A stretch of DNA of 64,000 nucleotides from positions 1,385,552 to 1,449,551 of the forward strand of contig OZ245335.1 in assembly GCA_965226235.1 (NCBI GenBank), given 5' to 3'. This DNA comes from Candidatus Oxydemutatoraceae bacterium. GTDB taxonomy: Bacteria; Pseudomonadota; Gammaproteobacteria; Poriferisulfidales; Oxydemutatoraceae. Below are positions 12,431-22,408 of this stretch, in pieces. The notes beneath the pieces are model-generated. The model was not told the origin of the DNA and did not search any database. It was given only the letters and a program-made list of their open reading frames with translations. Every line of letters begins with the position of its first letter. Position 1 is the first letter of the stretch. The position numbers were made by a program, and so were the translations under genes.

Positions 12431-14302
12431 TTAGCCGATGTCTCCTCCATCATCCCTCTCTATCGCGACGATGGACGAGCGAGGGAGCGTGTCACCGCTG
12501 CCACCGGGGGGAAATTTTCCCTTCGGATGCTGTATGCCGACAAACATCGTTTTCTTATCCGGGCTCCAGCACAGACCGGTAATCTCAGCCCCCTGAGGTC
12601 CTGCCAGGAAGCGTTTGATCGTGCCGTCTCCAGGATCGGCCATCAGCATCTGGTTGTTGCCCTGCCCTTCGAAGTCGCCGGTATTCGAGTCTTTCCCGTC
12701 GGTCTGAATCCACAGCCCGCCCCGGGAATCAAAAGCCATCCCGTCGGGTGAGTTGAACATGTTATCTACAGAGATGTTGCTTGATCCGCCGTACACATCA
12801 TCATGCCGGGCAGGGTTCCCGGCCATGACGAACAGATCCCAGTGAAATTCCCTGCTGGTGTGGTCGCTGCCATCCGGGCGCCAACGCACGATTTGCCCGT
12901 ATTGGTTTTTGCGACGAGGATTGGGCCCGCCGACCGGTGTTGCATCGCCGCCCCAATTGGGCCGTAGACCGCGGCCGGGGTTGTTTGTCAAGGCACAGTA
13001 CACCTCTGCCCTGCCCGGATGTGCGGCGATCCACTCCGGACGGTCCAGCGTCGTTGCCTGGACCTTCGAAGCCGCGATCCGGGTGAAAATGCAGATTTCC
13101 GCCAGCGGCATACCGGTGGATTCCGGCTCCAGCGGTAGCCACTCGCCTCGCCCGTTGTCGTAAAACCTTGCCACGGATAGCTGTCCGCTGTCGAGAACAT
13201 CGTGGTTACCCGGCTCATGGCTGTCACGGGAGATAAACCGATAGAGGAATTCACCGGCTTCGTCGTCCCCCATGTACACGACGACCCTGCCATCCTCGGT
13301 GAGGATGACTTCCGCGTTTTCGTGCTTCAAGCGCCCCAGCGCGGTACGTTTCCTGGGGACGGAGGCGGGGTCGCCAGGGTTTATCTCCACTACGTAGCCA
13401 ACGCGGTTGGCTTCGTTGGGCTCGGCGCCCACGTCGAACCGTGAATCCACCTTTGTCCAGCCATAGCCGCAGATCCTGCTGTATCCGACCCCGTAGCGTT
13501 TCATTGCTGCTGTTGGCTCGACGCGGTTTTCATTGCCGAAGACGAGATCAAAGTTTTCCTCGCAAGTCAGATAGGTTCCCCAGGGCGTCTTGCCGCTACC
13601 GCAGTTGCTCCAGGAACCACGGGCGAGCTTGCCGGAGGGATCGTACGAGGTTTTCATGTCTTCGTGTCCCGACGCCGGGCCGGTTATTTCCATCTCCGTG
13701 ACGGCAGTCACACGGCGGTTTGCCGGGGAGTCCTTTACAATGCCCCAGCGGATCGGTTGGCGTGCGATTTCGAACAAGGATACGCCGACGGCGGCCATGC
13801 CTTTATGGACGTCATCGGCGGTTTCCGGCAGCCTCGACCTGCGATTACCGAACAGAACCTCTGGGTTCAGGGATTCGTTGTTGACTGCCAGCAGTACCCG
13901 CCCGTTTTTTTCAAACAACTCCATGCCGTCATTGTTGTCACCCAGGGAAAGCGCCTGACTTTCAGCGTTTCCGCGCGTTACCGGATCAAAAGGCGAGGTT
14001 TTTGTCCACAACGGATCTCCCCACGAACCGACCACGTACCAACTGAATCCCCTGGGCAGGATCACCGTGTTTCCGGTATCCGCGCCGACCGGGGTAAACT
14101 CCAGGAGCGCTTGCGACACCGCTTCGGAGATGGCCGCCACACCTCGCGCCCAGGGCGTGACCTGGGACAGCAAAGCGACCGACCCGCCAGCAACCGTGCT
14201 ACGGAGAAACCTGCGGCGTGAACTCATGAAGTGGGCGTCGAGTGCCCGAATCAACCTGGGTCGTTTCCACCGCCACCGGGTTCCGGTCGAGTTTGATCCC
14301 AT
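12431..14302 (-). CDS. phoX: PhoX-family alkaline phosphatase (Tat exported)
   Basis: SRRRFL Tat motif, NNDGM, TPWGTYLTCEEN, GRLKHEN, SPDG, QTDG, EITG, IQHP. Start could be ~14227. Confidence 0.9.
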   Translation of the reverse strand: MGSNSTGTRWRWKRPRLIRALDAHFMSSRRRFLRSTVAGGSVALLSQVTPWARGVAAISEAVSQALLEFTPVGADTGNTVILPRGFSWYVVGSWGDPLWTKTSPFDPVTRGNAESQALSLGDNNDGMELFEKNGRVLLAVNNESLNPEVLFGNRRSRLPETADDVHKGMAAVGVSLFEIARQPIRWGIVKDSPANRRVTAVTEMEITGPASGHEDMKTSYDPSGKLARGSWSNCGSGKTPWGTYLTCEENFDLVFGNENRVEPTAAMKRYGVGYSRICGYGWTKVDSRFDVGAEPNEANRVGYVVEINPGDPASVPRKRTALGRLKHENAEVILTEDGRVVVYMGDDEAGEFLYRFISRDSHEPGNHDVLDSGQLSVARFYDNGRGEWLPLEPESTGMPLAEICIFTRIAASKVQATTLDRPEWIAAHPGRAEVYCALTNNPGRGLRPNWGGDATPVGGPNPRRKNQYGQIVRWRPDGSDHTSREFHWDLFVMAGNPARHDDVYGGSSNISVDNMFNSPDGMAFDSRGGLWIQTDGKDSNTGDFEGQGNNQMLMADPGDGTIKRFLAGPQGAEITGLCWSPDKKTMFVGIQHPKGKFPPGGSGDTLPRSSIVAIERDDGGDIG

Positions 14303-14343
14303 TGATCTTATAATGGATTGCTATGGCGGGCGCATCATAGCAA

Positions 14344-15297
14344 ATGGAACTGATACGCGGCAGTGCTAAGCTCCATCCGCATCACCGGGGGTGCGTAACG
14401 GCTCTCGGTGGCTTTGACGGCTTACACCTGGGGCATCAAGCGGTTATCAGGCGCGCGCTGCACTGTGCAAAAGCCGGTTTGCACAGAGCCGGCGTCGTGC
14501 TGTTCGAGCCACTTCCGCATGAGTTTCTCAACCCATCCGGAGCAGTGCCGCGCCTGTACTCGCTGCGCGAGCGGTTGAAAATCATCGCGTCGCTTGGCGT
14601 AGAGCAGGTTGTCTGCCTGCGCTTCGGTGCAGAGATCGCGGCGATGCCAGCCGAAGAATTTGTCGAGCGGGTTCTGGTCAACCAGCTACAGGTGCACACA
14701 TTGCTGGTCGGCGAAGGGTTTCATTTCGGGCAGGACCGAGGGGGGGACATTGCCTTGCTCCTTGATTGCGCCAGACGGCACGGCTTTGCCGTTGAATGCG
14801 TCCCCCCCGTGCTTGCCAGCGGCGGGGAGCGCATCAGTAGCACCTGGGTGCGCGCAGTGTTGACCGATGGCGATTTCTCGCTTGCGGCACGCTTGCTTGG
14901 ACGTAACTATTCGGTGAGCGGGCGGGTCGGGCACGGCGACAAGCGCGGACGGAAACTGGGGTTTGCCACAGCCAACCTGTTTATCGGACGCCAACCGTTC
15001 CCGTTGCGTGGCGTTTTTGCCGTCCTCGTCGAGGGTGTTGGCCCCAGTGCGTTGCGTGGCGTCGCCAATGCCGGCTATCGTCCGACGTTCGGCAGCGGGG
15101 GGTTTCATCTCGAAGTCCACCTGCCAGGGGTTTCGAGCGATTTATATGGCCGGCGCCTGCGGGTGCGCTTCCTGAAAAAAATCAGAAGCGAGCAGCGTTT
15201 TGACAACGTGGAAGCGCTCAGGGAACGTATCCGTGAAGACATCAAGGCGGCGATGCGAACCGCCTCCCATCCGCCGCCCGTGCCTTCGCTGCGATGA
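14344..15297 (+). CDS. ribF: riboflavin kinase/FAD synthetase
   Basis: FDGLHLGHQ, ISST, GRKLGFATAN, EVH. Lies upstream of ileS. Confidence 0.96.
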   Translation: MELIRGSAKLHPHHRGCVTALGGFDGLHLGHQAVIRRALHCAKAGLHRAGVVLFEPLPHEFLNPSGAVPRLYSLRERLKIIASLGVEQVVCLRFGAEIAAMPAEEFVERVLVNQLQVHTLLVGEGFHFGQDRGGDIALLLDCARRHGFAVECVPPVLASGGERISSTWVRAVLTDGDFSLAARLLGRNYSVSGRVGHGDKRGRKLGFATANLFIGRQPFPLRGVFAVLVEGVGPSALRGVANAGYRPTFGSGGFHLEVHLPGVSSDLYGRRLRVRFLKKIRSEQRFDNVEALRERIREDIKAAMRTASHPPPVPSLR

Positions 15298-15364
15298 CTC
15301 GCGCCATTGATCGTTCGCCCTTGCACACATGCTCGCGCGGGGTCGAAACCCGGAAACCACCTGC

Positions 15365-18187
15365 ATGACGAGTAGCTACAGAAATACGCTCAATTTGCCG
15401 GACACCGCGTTTCCGATGCGCGGCAACCTGGCCGCGCGCGAACCGGGGTTTCTCAAGCACTGGCAAACAATCGATCTCTACCGGTTGGTTCGCGCCCACC
15501 GCAAAGGCTGCCCCCGGTTCATCGTGCATGACGGCCCGCCCTATGCCAACGGCAACATCCATATCGGCCACGCGATCAACAAGGTGCTCAAGGATATCGT
15601 GGTCAAAAGTCGTCTGCTTGATGGTATGGATACCCCGTTTGTACCGGGCTGGGATTGTCACGGGCTGCCGGTCGAACTGGAGGTCGAAGCGCATCGAGGG
15701 AAGCCTGTCGACGCGAAGCAAGCAGCGGCATTCCGCCAGGCGTGTCGGAATTACGCACAGCAGCAGGTAGAGCGTCAGCGCGCCGACTTTATTCGCCTTG
15801 GGATGCTCGGCGACTGGATGCGTCCATACCTGAGCATGGACTTTGCCATCGAAGCCGACACTTTGAGAGCACTCGGGCAAATCATCGCCAATGGGTATTT
15901 TTCCAGAGGCGCGCGACCGGTTTACTGGTGCTGCGAATGCACCTCGGCCCTGGCCGAGGCCGAAGTCGAATACTACGACAAGACTTCGACCGCCGTGGAC
16001 GTCGGGTTCGAAGTGGTCGAGGTCGATGATCTCGGACACCGTTTTGGTGACACGAAGGTCCTTGCCGCAACGGTCGTGATCTGGACGACGACGCCGTGGA
16101 CGCTACCCGCCAACCGCGCAGTCGCGGTGCATCCGACACTTGACTACCTGCTGGTCGATACCGAGCTCGGCACATTGATACTCGCCGAGGGGCTCGTCGA
16201 GGAGTGCCTCGAGCGCTACGGCGTGAAACGGTATCGGCGCATAGGGAAATGCGCGGGGCAGGCGCTCGATGGCTTGCGACTACGTCACCCTTTCTACCGG
16301 CGCGAAGTCCCGGTGGTGCTTGCCGACTACGTGACCCTCGATGCCGGTACCGGTGCGGTACACACGGCACCGGCGCATGGCGAGGACGATTACCGTACCG
16401 GTCTCACGCACACGCTTGCAGTGGACAACCCGCTCGACCGACATGGGGTATTTCGGGACAGCGTCGAGCTTTTTGCGGGAATACACGTTCGCAAGGCCGA
16501 CGCCGCCATGATTGAGGTATTGCGAGAGCGCAAAGCGTTGCTGTGCCACGCCGGACACGAGCATAGCTACCCGCATTGCTGGCGGCACAAAACGCCGCTG
16601 ATTTTTCGCGCGACCCCACAGTGGTTTATTTCCATGGACGTGTCTCCCGACCATGGCGGGACGTTGCGGGAACGCGCCAGGGCAGCGTGCGAAGAAGTGC
16701 GCTGGATTCCCGACTGGGGGCGCGAACGCATCGCGGGCATGATCGAGGATCGCCCGGACTGGTGCGTGTCGCGTCAGAGAAACTGGGGGGTGCCGATCGC
16801 GGTATTCATTCATCGTGATACCGGGGAATTGCACCCGCGTACCGCAGAGCATATCGAAGCTGTTGCCCGCCGGATCGAGTGCGACGGAGTGCAGGCCTGG
16901 TTCGACCTCGACCCGGCAGAGTTGCTCGGCGATGAAGCACAAAAGTATGAAAAGGTCACCGACGTGCTCGACGTCTGGTTCGATTCAGGTGCAACCAGTA
17001 TCTCGGTGCTCGATCGCCACGATCAGCTACGAACCCCCGCTGACTTGTACCTGGAAGGTTCCGACCAGCACCGCGGCTGGTTTCAGTCCTCGTTACTGGT
17101 TTCGCTGGCGCACCGTGGCAAACCACCGTACCGGGCGGTAATGACACATGGTTTCGCGGTGGATGCCCGTGGGCAGAAGATGTCCAAGTCGCGAGGCAAT
17201 GTAGTCCCGCCGCAAAAGGTAGTGGACACGTTGGGGGCCGATGTGCTTCGCCTGTGGATTGCCGCCACCGACTTTAGCCGCGAGATGGTGGTTTCCGAAG
17301 AAATTCTGAAGCGTACCAGCGAAGCGTATCGGCGTATCCGGAACACGGCGAGATTTTTGCTCGCGAACCTGAACGGGTTTGATCCAACCGCTTGTCTCGA
17401 CACGAGCAATATGCTGTCACTGGACCGGTGGGCTCTCGACTGCGCGGCGCAGGTCCAGGACGACATCCGTCAGGCATACCGCGACTATGCATTCCACCGC
17501 GTGTGCCAACACATCCACAACTTTTGTTCCGTGGATATGGGCGGGTTTTACCTTGACGTCATCAAGGACCGTCTCTATACCATGCGCGCGGACAGCCAGG
17601 GACGCCGGTCGGCACAGACGGTGCTGCTGCGAATCGTCCATGCGCTGGCACGCTGGCTGGCGCCGATCGCAAGCTTCACCGCAGACGAAATATATCGCGC
17701 TATTCCGGGACGCAGCCATGAGGTCGTGTTTACCTGTGTATGGTCCGAGGAGTTGCCGAGGCTGGACGCCCTGGCCGCGCTGTCGTCAAGTGACTGGCGG
17801 CGTGTTCTGGAATTGCGTCGGTATATTGATAAACAACTCGAAGTGCTTCGCGAGTCCGGGGATATCGGTTCGTCTCTCGACGCGGCAGTGCAAATTTTTT
17901 GCGGCGCCGAAGATCAGGAGATCCTGTCGAGACTGCAGGAAGAACTGCATTTCGTTCTCATCACATCAGCGGCCCGCGTCGCCGACGCGAATACGCGCCA
18001 CGCCGACGCGGTTATGGTCGAAACGGGCGTATGGGTGCACGTTGCTGCCAGCGATGCGGACAAATGCAAGCGCTGTTGGCACCGTCGTAGCGACGTGGAC
18101 TCTGATCGCGCGTTTCCCGGGGTGTGCGGGCGTTGCGCCGACAACCTGCGCGGCGTTGCAACCAGCGAACACCGGCACCATGCGTAA
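15365..18187 (+). CDS. ileS: isoleucine--tRNA ligase
   Basis: HDGPPYANG-HIGH, KMSKS, and C-terminal CxxC zinc motif. Confidence 0.98.
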   Translation: MTSSYRNTLNLPDTAFPMRGNLAAREPGFLKHWQTIDLYRLVRAHRKGCPRFIVHDGPPYANGNIHIGHAINKVLKDIVVKSRLLDGMDTPFVPGWDCHGLPVELEVEAHRGKPVDAKQAAAFRQACRNYAQQQVERQRADFIRLGMLGDWMRPYLSMDFAIEADTLRALGQIIANGYFSRGARPVYWCCECTSALAEAEVEYYDKTSTAVDVGFEVVEVDDLGHRFGDTKVLAATVVIWTTTPWTLPANRAVAVHPTLDYLLVDTELGTLILAEGLVEECLERYGVKRYRRIGKCAGQALDGLRLRHPFYRREVPVVLADYVTLDAGTGAVHTAPAHGEDDYRTGLTHTLAVDNPLDRHGVFRDSVELFAGIHVRKADAAMIEVLRERKALLCHAGHEHSYPHCWRHKTPLIFRATPQWFISMDVSPDHGGTLRERARAACEEVRWIPDWGRERIAGMIEDRPDWCVSRQRNWGVPIAVFIHRDTGELHPRTAEHIEAVARRIECDGVQAWFDLDPAELLGDEAQKYEKVTDVLDVWFDSGATSISVLDRHDQLRTPADLYLEGSDQHRGWFQSSLLVSLAHRGKPPYRAVMTHGFAVDARGQKMSKSRGNVVPPQKVVDTLGADVLRLWIAATDFSREMVVSEEILKRTSEAYRRIRNTARFLLANLNGFDPTACLDTSNMLSLDRWALDCAAQVQDDIRQAYRDYAFHRVCQHIHNFCSVDMGGFYLDVIKDRLYTMRADSQGRRSAQTVLLRIVHALARWLAPIASFTADEIYRAIPGRSHEVVFTCVWSEELPRLDALAALSSSDWRRVLELRRYIDKQLEVLRESGDIGSSLDAAVQIFCGAEDQEILSRLQEELHFVLITSAARVADANTRHADAVMVETGVWVHVAASDADKCKRCWHRRSDVDSDRAFPGVCGRCADNLRGVATSEHRHHA

Positions 18188-18659
18188 ATGGTTGTGGCTG
18201 TCCGCCCTGGTCGTAGCGTTCGATCAGGTCAGCAAGCGGGTCGCCAGTGAACTGCTGACACTGTATATCCCGGTTGCAGTGATGCCGTCCGTCAACCTCA
18301 CCCTGGCGCACAATTCCGGCGCAGCGTTCAGTTTCCTCAGCGAAGCGGGTGGTTGGCAGCGTTGGTTCCTGCTGAGTATCACCGTCGTCATCTGTGTGTT
18401 TCTGTACCATTGGCTGAAGCAACTGGACTCGGGTGAATCGGTCTCATCCGCTGCGATTTCCCTGATTATCGGTGGCGCCATAGGCAACGCGCTCGACCGC
18501 CTGGTTTACGGCTACGTAGTGGATTTCATCGACGTGTACTACGGCAAATATCACTGGCCGGTATTCAATCTCGCGGATATGACGATCACCGTGGGGGCGC
18601 TGGGTTTGATTCTGGCTGCCGTCACAGGCCGCCAGGATCAGCGTGGTCGCAACCGGTGA
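18180..18659 (+). CDS. lspA: lipoprotein signal peptidase II
   Basis: MRKWLWLS start overlaps ileS. NSGAAFS, GNALDR, VVDFI and FNLAD motifs. Confidence 0.96.
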   Translation: MRKWLWLSALVVAFDQVSKRVASELLTLYIPVAVMPSVNLTLAHNSGAAFSFLSEAGGWQRWFLLSITVVICVFLYHWLKQLDSGESVSSAAISLIIGGAIGNALDRLVYGYVVDFIDVYYGKYHWPVFNLADMTITVGALGLILAAVTGRQDQRGRNR

Positions 18660-19122
18660 ACGCGGGGCGCAAAACAATCTCGGTAATGCCCTCCTCACCT
18701 TGGGCAAGCGTGAAAGCGATACAAAACGTCTGGAGGAGGCAGTAGCTGCTTGCCGCACCGCGCTTGAAGTGTGGACTCGGGAGGATGCGCCGTATGGCTG
18801 GGCCTGGACGCAAAACAACCTTGCCACCGCCCTCCTCACCTTGGGCAAGCGTGAAAGCGATACAAAACGTCTGGAGGAGGCAGTAGCTGCTTGCCGCACC
18901 GCGCTTGAAGTGCGGACTCGGGAGAACGCGCCGTACGACTGGGCCTGGACGCAAACGAATCTCGGCAAGACCCTCTTAGTCTTGAGCGAGCACAAAAACG
19001 ACGAGGAACTCCTTAAACAGGCTAATGTCATCTTCCGCGAGGTGCGTAGCGTGTTAACCGATTTAGAGACCACCGCTTCAACCAAAACTGATTCCAGGAC
19101 CTGCACGAAGCCAGGAAAATGA
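18643..19122 (+). pseudogene. TPR-repeat protein fragment
   Basis: Two near-identical 141-bp (47-aa) repeats QNNL..LEEAVAACRTALEV..APYxWAWT plus a partial third. No N-terminal domain, and the C-terminus runs into an IS3 relic. Confidence 0.75.
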
Positions 19123-19190
19123 TCGAAGATTGGCGTTGTTACTACAGCGAGGAACAATCGTATAAGCTCGTTGGGCCATGCCCCCAGCCG
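19089..19190 (+). mobile_element. IS3-family transposase C-terminal relic
   Basis: Translates as *FQDLHEARKMIEDWRCYYSEE.. then SSLGHAP after a frameshift, resembling WFxxLxEARxxIExWRxxYNxxRPHSSLG. Confidence 0.65.
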
Positions 19191-19202
19191 AGCGCACGAC
19201 AC

Positions 19203-20233
19203 TGTATGAGTTCAGAAACATATAGGACAACGGGGTTGATCTGAAAAGGAAGCCGACATGCTGATGTAGCACATCGGCTTGCGCGTCCGAGGTTTCTATA
19301 GAATCGCCCGTTTATCTGACAAATGGGAGGCGATGATGGGAACCAATGCCCAACAGAAACCGGACGCGCTAACATTCTGGAACAATCACGGATTGAATGC
19401 CACCCGGGATGCTTTCAAGGTCGGCCGCTCGACACTGTACCGCTGGCGTAACTGGCCACCGACGCTGTGCGCTGAAATGCGCCGGCTACGCAACGTTTTT
19501 CCAAACCTGGGCAAGGACAAGCTGCACGTACTGTTGCGCCCCTGGTGTGAACGTCACGAGCTGGCCTGTCCCGGTGCGAGCACCATCGGGCGCTTGATCG
19601 GCGATACACCGGACAAGGTGCGTCTTGTGCCGACGCGCTTGACGCCGAAAAGCAAGACCAAATCATTGCGCCGCCAGCGTTTCAAGCAACGGCTGGGCAA
19701 AGGCTTCTGCGCGGATTACCCGAGGCATTGCGCCGCTTCCGACACGGTAGTGCGCTTTATCTGGCGCACCCGGCGCTATCTGCTCACGACCACCGATCAC
19801 GCCAGCCGCTTTGCCTTGGCAATCGCGGTACCACGTCACGACAGCCAGCACGCCGCGCGCGCTTCGCGGCATTGGTCAAAACCCTGTTCCCAGGGCGCAT
19901 CGAGCAGGTGCTGACTGACAATGGCAGCGAGTTTCAGGGCGCCTTCGCAGACTATGCCAGAGCGCAGGGTTGGCGTCATTGCCATACCTACCCGAGAAGC
20001 CCGAAAATGAACGCTTTCAACGAGCGTTTCAATCGCACCGTACAGGAAAGACTTTATTGATTATGAAGAAGGATCTCATGGCCGAGGATCTACGATTGTT
20101 CAACCACCGCCTGCTGGACTACCTCGACCGCTATAATGGCCAGCATCCCCACCGAGGAATCGACAACCGCACACCCTGTCAAATGCTTGCTCAACACTGG
20201 CTTCATTTGTCCCCTATGTGGTGAACCCATATA
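19203..20233 (+). mobile_element. IS481-family element, degenerate
   Basis: Ends TGTATGAGTTC.. and ..GAACCCATATA. HTH RSTLYRW and integrase motifs TDNGSEF, PKMNAFNERFNRT, YN..HPH. Premature stop, frameshifts and a ~70-bp deletion relative to copy 2. Confidence 0.88.
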
Positions 20234-21100
20234 ATGCGCGATATGGAAACGATGGCTAAGCCAAACGCGACGGCCACCTTCAACCTGCCTGCCGGATGCT
20301 CCGCCGGCGAGTCGCGTCCGCGGGCTCATACGGATGCACAACGACCCTTGGTGGACTTCATGATTGTCGGCGCGCAGAAATGCGGTACGACCGCGTTGAG
20401 CGAATTTCTCCGCAATCACCCGGAAATTGGAATGTCGCAACCGAAGGGGATTCACTTGTTCGACCGCAAGGAGTACGATGACGCTTGGACGGTTCGCGAA
20501 ATTGACGCGAAGTATGCGGAAGCATTCGCGCATTGCCCGTCGGTGTCGATTCGCGGCGAAGCGACCCCCAGTTACCTGTACCTGCCGGAGGTCGCGGCCA
20601 GGCTCAGGCGCTACAACCCGGTATTGAAGCTGATCGTACTGTTGCGTGATCCGGTGGATCGTGCGGTGTCTCAGTACCGTATGAACATCACGGTGAGGTT
20701 TCGTGAGAGGGAGCACTGGCCGTTCTGGTTGGCACTGCTCCTGGAACCGTTCCAGCTCCGCCGAGGTCGCTATCTGGGATTGCCGCGTCTACGAAGGCAG
20801 TTTTCGTATCGTGGCCGAGGTCTCTACAGCGCACAGTTGCGGAACCTGTATCGGCACTTCCCGAGGAATCAGGTGCTCGTGGTCTGGAGCGAGAATCTGC
20901 GTGAACGGCATGACGCGACGATGGGACGGATCCTGCGGTTCCTCGGCGTGTCGGGTGACGTGTGCATCCCAGGCAAAATTTCTGGCGGCAAGTCGCGTAA
21001 GCGGTATCGTGTCACACGCGCCATTTTGAGAGTTGCCTATCGGACGGAACCCGCCAAGCTACGCCGGCTGTTGGGCGACCAGTGGAAGCTGGATAGATGA
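20234..21100 (+). CDS. sulfotransferase (heparan-sulfate O/N-sulfotransferase-like)
   Basis: GAQKCGTTAL, LFD, GEATPSY, LRDPVDRAVSQY, GLYSAQL. Confidence 0.9.
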   Translation: MRDMETMAKPNATATFNLPAGCSAGESRPRAHTDAQRPLVDFMIVGAQKCGTTALSEFLRNHPEIGMSQPKGIHLFDRKEYDDAWTVREIDAKYAEAFAHCPSVSIRGEATPSYLYLPEVAARLRRYNPVLKLIVLLRDPVDRAVSQYRMNITVRFREREHWPFWLALLLEPFQLRRGRYLGLPRLRRQFSYRGRGLYSAQLRNLYRHFPRNQVLVVWSENLRERHDATMGRILRFLGVSGDVCIPGKISGGKSRKRYRVTRAILRVAYRTEPAKLRRLLGDQWKLDR

Positions 21101-21299
21101 TTGATCAGCAAAACCGACTGAGGGGCTTGACGATGGCACCTTTTTTTGCCCCCGTCATCCCCGGGCGCGCCGGATCAAGCCGTCGCCCGGTTCGAGGGAG
21201 GGGACCAGGCGCCGAGGAAGTCGTTTGCCTCGCATTGCTGGTGTGGGGCAGTCGGATGGCGGCGTATGTCGTCGTCATCCCGGGGAAAGGAGTGGTCGA

Positions 21300-22394
21300 A
21301 TGACCGGCACCGACGGGCTTGCGGCGTTCGACACGAAGACGGACCAGCCGGTGACCATCGTGTTCGGCACGTTCAACTACCGCGAGGTGATAGAGAAGTG
21401 GATCGCCGCCGTGCACAAGCTCGGGTATGACGGCTGGCGCATCGTGTGCATGGATCGGGAACTCATCCAGTGGCTCGAGCAGCGCGGCGATGGCGCGCAG
21501 GCCGTGGATTACTACGCAGTGCTGCCGGACGCGCCACGGTACGACTTCGGCGCGTTGTCGCGCGGAGAACTGATGCGTGCGCTGATGCCGCTACGGACAT
21601 GCTTGTTTCTGCATCTGGCGAAGGCTGGCCACGACTTTCTGCACAGCGACGCGGATGCGTTCTGGATGCGGGACCCGCGGCCGTACCTGGCGCAGCATTG
21701 CGAATACGATCTGCTGATGTCGCAGGGCATAGCATATCCACTCGGTCATTACCAGCGTTTCGGCTTCGTGGTGTGTGCAGGATTCTTCGTTTGCCGCGCG
21801 AACGCGCGTACCCGCGCATACTTCGAGCGGATCGAGGCACTCGTGAATCAGCAGCCGCTGGATCAGCAACGCATGAACCTGCTCCTGGAGCACGATCGGG
21901 AAGGTCGCTGGGAGATCCACCGACCGGTGCTACGCAAGTGGCGTCTCCAGACATTTTCCCGACGAACTACCCATATGAAGAAGAGCCTGAAAGTTTCCTC
22001 ACCGTCAATTTACAAGCTTCTTTTCCGTCTCAAAATATTTTCCCTTATGGGGAAGAGCCTGAAAGTTTCCTCACCGTCAACTCACAGGCTTCTTGCCCAT
22101 CTCAAACCATTTCTCCCCCTCCGAAAGGGATGGCAACCGGTGGCTGCAGGACTTCACTCCTCCCGTCTGCGTTGGGGATGGATGGACGTGCGAGCATTGG
22201 CGGGGATGTTGGCAAAGGCGCGCCACGGCAGAAGCTTGACGATGGGCCTGCTCCCGACACATAAGTGTGTCATCACGAGCGAATCGGTGATCCGGGGTCG
22301 GTTCAGCGATGGCTTGACGGTGGGCGTGATCCCGATGCACCTCGTTACCCGGATGGACGTTATGCCCAGGGACCGCTCCCTGGTTGTGCACTAG
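21300..22394 (+). CDS. nucleotide-diphospho-sugar transferase (GT77-like), copy 1
   Basis: FNYxE, SDADAFW DxD motif, CAGFF, DQQxMN. RBS ggag lies before ATG 21300. Confidence 0.8.
   Translation: MTGTDGLAAFDTKTDQPVTIVFGTFNYREVIEKWIAAVHKLGYDGWRIVCMDRELIQWLEQRGDGAQAVDYYAVLPDAPRYDFGALSRGELMRALMPLRTCLFLHLAKAGHDFLHSDADAFWMRDPRPYLAQHCEYDLLMSQGIAYPLGHYQRFGFVVCAGFFVCRANARTRAYFERIEALVNQQPLDQQRMNLLLEHDREGRWEIHRPVLRKWRLQTFSRRTTHMKKSLKVSSPSIYKLLFRLKIFSLMGKSLKVSSPSTHRLLAHLKPFLPLRKGWQPVAAGLHSSRLRWGWMDVRALAGMLAKARHGRSLTMGLLPTHKCVITSESVIRGRFSDGLTVGVIPMHLVTRMDVMPRDRSLVVH
21975..22118 (+). repeat. in-frame 72-bp tandem duplication inside the GT77 variable region
   Basis: gaagagcctgaaagtttcctcaccgtcaa occurs twice, 72 bp apart. 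Confidence 0.9.
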
Positions 22395-22408
22395 ACGCGG
22401 AAACAGCA

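Noticed and set aside
18670-18960. 141-bp repeats as a CRISPR array
   Set aside because: They are in-frame TPR coding repeats with no unique spacers, and no cas genes are present.
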